DNA of 64,000 bases from Leptospiraceae bacterium (GTDB lineage Bacteria; Spirochaetota; Leptospiria; Leptospirales; Leptonemataceae), in NCBI GenBank assembly GCA_040217195.1, contig JAVJNR010000002.1, positions 256,001 to 320,000 on the forward strand. Reading direction: 5' to 3'. The position numbers and the translations under genes were made by a program. Shown here one piece after another: positions 58,921 to 64,000 of this stretch. How positions within the stretch are numbered: the stretch's first letter is position 1; each line of letters begins with the position of its first letter. The notes below the pieces were generated by a model. It was not told where the DNA came from. It saw nothing but the letters and a program-made list of their open reading frames with translations, and ran no database searches.

Positions 58921-59451
58921 ATGAGCAAGAAGAAGGACAAGAAGAAGGACAAGAAGAACTCTGGGTCCAGGCAGGAATGGACTTCACTTTCGCAGATCGG
59001 ACAGTCCACTATTTCAGAGCCATACAGTGCTCCTGGCAGTTTTCAAGAAAGGGATTCGGTAGAATATAGAAAAACGATGAAAGAACAGGAAGAAAAGCTG
59101 CAAAAGATCGCGAATAGTTTGAAGATTCAGAATGTAAAAAGGCACATCTTCTTATGCTGCGATCAGACAAAGGATAAGTGCTGCAGTAGAAAAGAAAGCC
59201 TGGAATCCTGGGATTACCTGAAGAGCCGATTGAAAGAGGAAGGATTGGCGGACTCCGGTACCGGCGAAGTCTTTCGGACCAAGGCGAATTGTCTCCGGGT
59301 CTGCAAACAGGGACCCATTGCAGTGGTTTATCCCGAAGCAGTCTGGTACCATAGCTGCAGCCCGGATGTTCTGGAGAAGATTATTCAGAGCCATCTGAAG
59401 CAAGGAGAGCCAGTGGAAGAATACAGGATTCCACTAGTTCCCGAAGAATAG
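58921..59451 (+). CDS. Thioredoxin-like [2Fe-2S] ferredoxin
   Basis: HIFLCC...KCC...[22 protein letters not shown]. The N-terminal extension and true start are uncertain. Confidence 0.87.
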   Translation: MSKKKDKKKDKKNSGSRQEWTSLSQIGQSTISEPYSAPGSFQERDSVEYRKTMKEQEEKLQKIANSLKIQNVKRHIFLCCDQTKDKCCSRKESLESWDYLKSRLKEEGLADSGTGEVFRTKANCLRVCKQGPIAVVYPEAVWYHSCSPDVLEKIIQSHLKQGEPVEEYRIPLVPEE

Positions 59452-59502
59452 ACTTCTACGGGAAAACCTTGCCCTGTTTCTGGCCGATCGTAACCTGACC
59501 CG

Positions 59503-60312
59503 ATGAACTCTGCTCAGGATTCCCGCTATGCATTGTTTGATCTGGATTATACTCTAATAGGCCACGATACACTTCTTCTTTTCTGCAATTACATTCTAAA
59601 GAAGAATCCGCTTCGAATCCTGTACCTGCTTTTCTTTGTACCTGTTGCCTTCCTTGCAGCACCGGGCTGGGTTTCGTCAGGAACTCTAAAACGATTCTTT
59701 CTTGCCTTTCTGTGGGGTATACCGGCTGACAAATTAAAATATCTGGCACGGGACTTTGTTCAGAGATCGGTGCTACCCAGAATGTATCCCGAAATGCTTG
59801 AGATTCTAAAGAGTCATCAGCGGGCAGAAAGAGTGGTCGTTCTGAATACAGCTGCACCAGACATTTATGCACCGTACATCGCCGAGGCCCTGGGGATCCA
59901 GCACTGCTACGCAACAAGAATTGTATCCAGAAATCGCATGCCTCTGCTTCCGGCCGTCATTGGAAAGAATAATAAGAACCTGGAGAAGATCCATAGAATG
60001 ACGGAAATATTACCGGAAAAAGTGGCCTCCGGCCTGGAGGGGCTGGACTGGAAGAAACCAGAATACCCGCCAGAAATTCTGCTGCACGGAAGTTACAGCT
60101 ACTCGGATTCACCGGCAGATCTGCCGCTGCTTCGGCTTACGGAATTTGCCGCCGTAGTCAATCCTGAATCGAGTAACTACATTGAGGAAGCCAGGAAAAA
60201 GGGATGGGAATTTCTGTATCCTGCCAGTGACTTTCGTGGAAAGGCAGGCAAAGTATGGTTGATGTTCAGGCAGATTCTGGGTCTTTATCCAGTGAAGCCC
60301 CTTCTTAAATGA
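59503..60312 (+). CDS. HAD-IB family phosphatase/hydrolase
   Basis: Motifs FDLDYT, LNTA and YSDSPADLPLL. Confidence 0.87.
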   Translation: MNSAQDSRYALFDLDYTLIGHDTLLLFCNYILKKNPLRILYLLFFVPVAFLAAPGWVSSGTLKRFFLAFLWGIPADKLKYLARDFVQRSVLPRMYPEMLEILKSHQRAERVVVLNTAAPDIYAPYIAEALGIQHCYATRIVSRNRMPLLPAVIGKNNKNLEKIHRMTEILPEKVASGLEGLDWKKPEYPPEILLHGSYSYSDSPADLPLLRLTEFAAVVNPESSNYIEEARKKGWEFLYPASDFRGKAGKVWLMFRQILGLYPVKPLLK

Positions 60313-60385
60313 GGTTAGGCCCTGGTTTAGAAATTCTAAAGAAATCTCGGGAGCGCCTGATTGCAGTGAATGACGGAAAGCAAAT

Positions 60386-60973
60386 ATGAGTCCTATAAAT
60401 CAAACTCCGAATAGATCGCAGTTCCAGATCGATGTATCTGTGCGAACTGGCTTAAGTGGCCGGCATGGACGAAAAATTGCAGCAGTCCTGATGCAAATCT
60501 CAATGGCCATTTTTCCGACCTTTATCGGTTCGAATTGTACGAATTATTCCAGCGATCCCTATCCACCCTCGACTCCAGTCCTTCTGGGCCTTAGTCCGGA
60601 CGGAAGTACATCAGCCAATATCCAGGCGATTCAAACCTATGGAAACGGGCATAAGATCCGAATTGCTGCACAGAACTATGAACCTGGTTTCCAGGGCTAT
60701 AGACTGTTCGAAGCTGCCAGCGAGGATGCCGTTCGAAATGCCGATTCCACAAGTGGGATCGATTGTGGCACTCTATTGCAGACACCTGTTCTGGGTACGG
60801 TCTACACGATTGAGGTGCGAACTGATTCCATTGCTTCTGAATCTACAGCTCTTTGTGTGGTTCCTATTCTGCTTACTTCTGGCAACTTTGTTGCATTTCG
60901 CGCCGTGTATTTTCGGGGAATCCTGGACCCGGAATCCACAGGCCCATCATCGAATGCGTTGCAGGTTCCCTAA
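60386..60973 (+). CDS. Hypothetical protein, probable lipoprotein
   Basis: Hydrophobic stretch ending GSN-C, followed by a beta-rich domain. Start uncertain. Confidence 0.55.
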   Translation: MSPINQTPNRSQFQIDVSVRTGLSGRHGRKIAAVLMQISMAIFPTFIGSNCTNYSSDPYPPSTPVLLGLSPDGSTSANIQAIQTYGNGHKIRIAAQNYEPGFQGYRLFEAASEDAVRNADSTSGIDCGTLLQTPVLGTVYTIEVRTDSIASESTALCVVPILLTSGNFVAFRAVYFRGILDPESTGPSSNALQVP

Positions 60974-61567
60974 TTTCTTTATCTTTTCCAATCGACTGGA
61001 TTTTTCTGATCTGGATTCAACAGGTGTTGCAAACCAGCGGTGCTGGATATATCTATTTCCGTGCTTTCTGAATCTGTCCACTTCCAGAAATCCATTTCTT
61101 GCCAGAATCTTTCGGGATGCAGTATAGTCTTCCCGGGTAATGGCCTGCAACTGCGAATACCCTAAATTCGTAGCGATCTTGAGCATTGCTCCCAGAAGCT
61201 GGGTGCCCAGTCCACGGTGTTTACCGCCAATCCAGTATCCGATTTCTGCATCGTCTTTGCAGGATTTGAAGGCAAAGCAACCGGCCGGGACTCCTCCCCT
61301 GGTAATCAGGAAAGTTCGGGACCGGTTATGAATCCAATCTTCCACTCCCTGGGACAGAAAGTTACGGGCATCTCGCTGTGTGTACCGACCCTGGATGCTG
61401 ATTCCAGCATCTTCCAGAAGTCGCAGTATGTCCGCTTCGTTCACGATTTGCATGAACCGTGATACGAATGAATCGGACAAATAGGTGGAAACAACCGGCA
61501 GCACAGTGTACTCGCTGCCGTTGTCTTTATGAATTAATGAAATCTCCAGCTCTTCCGGAACGTCCAT
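60947..61567 (-). CDS. GNAT family (RimJ/RimL-like) N-acetyltransferase
   Basis: Motifs AEIGYWIG..HRGLGT and ASRKILARNGF. Confidence 0.85.
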   Translation of the reverse strand: MDVPEELEISLIHKDNGSEYTVLPVVSTYLSDSFVSRFMQIVNEADILRLLEDAGISIQGRYTQRDARNFLSQGVEDWIHNRSRTFLITRGGVPAGCFAFKSCKDDAEIGYWIGGKHRGLGTQLLGAMLKIATNLGYSQLQAITREDYTASRKILARNGFLEVDRFRKHGNRYIQHRWFATPVESRSEKSSRLEKIKKLGNLQRIR

Positions 61568-61587
61568 TGTCTCCCTGTGCGAATGAT

Positions 61588-62070
61588 TTAGTGTTGGTGA
61601 CCACCCGGGCCATGCACATGACCATGGGATAATTCTTCTTCCGTAGCTTCTCTTACATCGCGTACCGTCACGTCGAAATGCAAAGTTTCTCCAGCCAGGG
61701 GATGATTTCCATCGATCTTCACTGATTCACCTTCTACGGCGACCACGGTGAAAATCTGAGCACCGGACTCAGTCTGTGCTTGAAATTGCATGCCGGATTC
61801 AATCTTATCCACACCCTGGAACATGCTTTTTTGCACGTCCTGAATTAGAGCGTCATTTCGCAGGCCATAACCCTTCTCTGGCGGAACAGATACCTGAATA
61901 TTTTCGCCGGAGCCCTTGCCTTCCAGAGCTTCTTCAAGACCAGCGATTAGATTTCCATTTCCATGCAGGTAAAAGAGCGGGTCTCTACCCTCGGAAGAAT
62001 CCAATACGCTACCTGTATCGTCGGTTAATTTATAGTCGATGCTGGCGACTTTATCTTTAGCAATCTGCAT
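61588..62070 (-). CDS. slyD: FKBP-type peptidyl-prolyl isomerase SlyD
   Basis: Motifs LIAGLEEAL and DGNHPLAGETLHF, plus a His-rich tail HGHVHGPGGHQH. Confidence 0.95.
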   Translation of the reverse strand: MQIAKDKVASIDYKLTDDTGSVLDSSEGRDPLFYLHGNGNLIAGLEEALEGKGSGENIQVSVPPEKGYGLRNDALIQDVQKSMFQGVDKIESGMQFQAQTESGAQIFTVVAVEGESVKIDGNHPLAGETLHFDVTVRDVREATEEELSHGHVHGPGGHQH

Positions 62071-62257
62071 TTTCTATCCTGATGTTCGTTTTGGCATGCC
62101 ATGAAGGCATTTTCAGCAACATAGTGATACGGAAGTGTACTTCAAGAACTTTTCTAACAGAATCCCGGGGTGCGGTTCCGGGCATTCTTCGCAGCTAACT
62201 GTCGGTACAACGCGGCGATCGAGCCGGCACGCACCATGCGAATTCGCTGACTGTCTG

Positions 62258-62902
62258 TCAAACATGACTTCCCGGTAAAACGGACTTACGAAGAAGACAA
62301 CGGATTTCAAGATAGCGCATCGGTCTGGTCTCTTCACAGTGCCAGCCCCGATTCATCAATTCTCGAGTCAGCAGGAAGAGAAAGAATCCATGAGAGAATA
62401 AGCTCACTGGATTGCGGGATTCGTAGGATTCAATTAGATCCGCAGCCTTTTTTGCTCTTCTTCTAGCAGCTTTCCGGGGTTCATGGGATTTCTTGCCTGC
62501 ATACCAGAGCAGACGCGCCAGGATTAAATGCCAGTAGGCCGGTAACTTCAGAAACGTCGGAACCCGGGGCAATGGAACTTCACGGAATAATTCGTTGGTG
62601 TCTACTGGACTATCGTCGCCCAGCAATAGAGAGGCCGTCTGTCTGGCTCTGCGGATATCCGAGCTAATGGCCTGGCTGGCGCGGATCCGGCCAAGAAGGT
62701 CTGGATCATGTACATCCAGTTTGTCATTATTCCATTCCGGGTTCAAAGAGGATTCATCATACAGACGAGTCAGACGATTGAATTCCCGTCCCCAGATCCA
62801 GCGTCCAGGTTCATTTGTATAAGGGAACTCTGGTTTACCGTGGCGGATCAGGAAGATACGACCTTCCCTCGAGATTATGTTTGGTTTCTGGGGATGCCCC
62901 AT
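62258..62902 (-). CDS. Histidine phosphatase family protein
   Basis: Motifs LIRHG, SSDIRRARQTA and SHG. Confidence 0.85.
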   Translation of the reverse strand: MGHPQKPNIISREGRIFLIRHGKPEFPYTNEPGRWIWGREFNRLTRLYDESSLNPEWNNDKLDVHDPDLLGRIRASQAISSDIRRARQTASLLLGDDSPVDTNELFREVPLPRVPTFLKLPAYWHLILARLLWYAGKKSHEPRKAARRRAKKAADLIESYESRNPVSLFSHGFFLFLLTRELMNRGWHCEETRPMRYLEIRCLLRKSVLPGSHV

Positions 62903-63035
62903 GGCTCTAAGCAGTGTACCGAAAAAGACCGGGTTTCAGCTAGCTCCAGATTGTTCCAGGGCCATGAGACGGCCACCGTTTATTATCTTTGAGATAATCA
63001 TAAATGGCGGAGCTTTCGAAAGGAAAATGCGAAAA

Positions 63036-64000
63036 TCAACCGGGTTTCACTTCATTCGCCAGCGGTTGCCCGGTAGAATAATCTTTTAGATTCTCCAGAG
63101 TTATATGCGCGATTTCTCTCAGCGCATTTTCAGTGAAGAAAGCTTGATGACCGGTGATCAGCACATTTGAAAAAGTTAGTAACCTGGCAATATCGTCATC
63201 TAGAAGTACATCGCTGGAATGATCTGCAAAGAATAGATCTTCTTCCTGTTCATATACATCGATTCCCAGAGCTCCAATAATTCCCTGTTTCAGTCCTCGA
63301 ATGACCGCCGGAGTATCGATAATTGGGCCTCGGCTCGTATTGATGATCATCACACCTGGCTTCATTTTCATTATTGCGGATTCATTGATCATATGCCGGC
63401 TGCTTTCGGTGAGCGGGCAATGGAGGCTGATGATGTCAGAATCAGAGTAAATGCGATTTAGATCGCAAAACTCAATCCTCGAATCTGGTACCGCGCCAAT
63501 GATTTTTTCCTGACTTTGAAACGGATCGTAAGCGAGCACCTTGCAGCCGAATCCAACCATAATGTTTGCGAATACAGAGCCAATCCTGCCCATGCCAACC
63601 ACGCCCACCGTTTTCTGGTTCAGGTCAAATCCTACGAGTCCATCAAGTGCAAAGTTTCCTTCTCGAACCCGGTTATAGGCCTTATGAGTCTTTCTATTGA
63701 GGGTGAGAATTAATGCCACTGCATGTTCAGCTACTGCATGGGGAGAGTAGGCTGGCACTCGCACTACGGTCAGGCCCAGTTCGGATGTTGCCTTCAGGTC
63801 CACATTGTTGAAACCCGCACATCGCAAGGCCACCGCCTTTACTCCAAGTGTTTTTAGAATCTGGACGGTTTCTCGATCCACATGATCGTTTACAAAAACG
63901 CAAATTGCATCAAACCCTTCAGCCAGCCGGGCCGTTAATGGCGATAGGGGGGCATCGAAATAAGTGATTTCAAATTCATAGTCAGCATTCATTCGATTAA
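63036..64000 (-). CDS. ldhA: D-lactate dehydrogenase / D-2-hydroxyacid dehydrogenase, 5' end outside window
   Basis: Motifs LRCAGFNNVD, PAYSPHAVAEH, GMGRIG, SLHCPL and ITGHQAF. The frame is open to the window edge. Confidence 0.9.
   Translation of the reverse strand, partial: NRMNADYEFEITYFDAPLSPLTARLAEGFDAICVFVNDHVDRETVQILKTLGVKAVALRCAGFNNVDLKATSELGLTVVRVPAYSPHAVAEHAVALILTLNRKTHKAYNRVREGNFALDGLVGFDLNQKTVGVVGMGRIGSVFANIMVGFGCKVLAYDPFQSQEKIIGAVPDSRIEFCDLNRIYSDSDIISLHCPLTESSRHMINESAIMKMKPGVMIINTSRGPIIDTPAVIRGLKQGIIGALGIDVYEQEEDLFFADHSSDVLLDDDIARLLTFSNVLITGHQAFFTENALREIAHITLENLKDYSTGQPLANEVKPG

Noticed and set aside
58926..58958. 12-bp tandem repeat (caagaagaagga) encoding [10 protein letters not shown]
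   Set aside because: Under three copies of an in-frame low-complexity repeat; not a CRISPR array or a clear phase-variation tract.
1..64000. CRISPR arrays, tRNA/rRNA, transposases, integrases, prophage or defence genes
   Set aside because: None recognised by eye. The patatin has a cNMP-regulated architecture and no adjacent CD-NTase, so it is not called CBASS.

Overview
A roughly 50% GC bacterial chromosomal segment, most likely from a Leptospiraceae (Leptonema/Leptospira-like) spirochaete. This is inferred from the spirochaete-type lipoproteins, the DUF5939 and 7TM-DISM adenylate cyclases and the LA_3751-like glycosyltransferase. It carries housekeeping genes (purE, purK, purF, sodB, pdxH, sppA, slyD, ldhA-like, an acyl-CoA carboxylase), cyclic-nucleotide signalling genes, an Mla/MCE transporter and an envelope-modification block. 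I saw no rRNA, tRNA, CRISPR array or mobile element. The stand-out is a tightly coupled light-response locus at about 31.2-45.7 kb. One apparent operon holds a CarH/LitR-type B12 photoreceptor regulator with intact Wx9EH and DxHxxG motifs and a complete photoactive yellow protein kit (PYP, p-coumaroyl-CoA ligase, tyrosine ammonia-lyase). It also holds a DUF5939 adenylate cyclase and a furan/cyclopropane fatty-acid module. Two uncharacterised small proteins are interleaved with the PYP genes and share a C-terminal beta-rich motif, and one of them is built from a 33-aa tandem repeat; they are candidate PYP partner or output proteins. The PYP has natural substitutions at the Y42 and N43 equivalents. 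Other notable items are a 59-aa membrane ORF missed by the ORF track behind a sodium:solute symporter, an SGNH-MBOAT fusion, a pore-less voltage-sensor-like protein and a repeat-rich exported protein heading the MCE operon. All calls come from reading motifs by eye; no searches were run.
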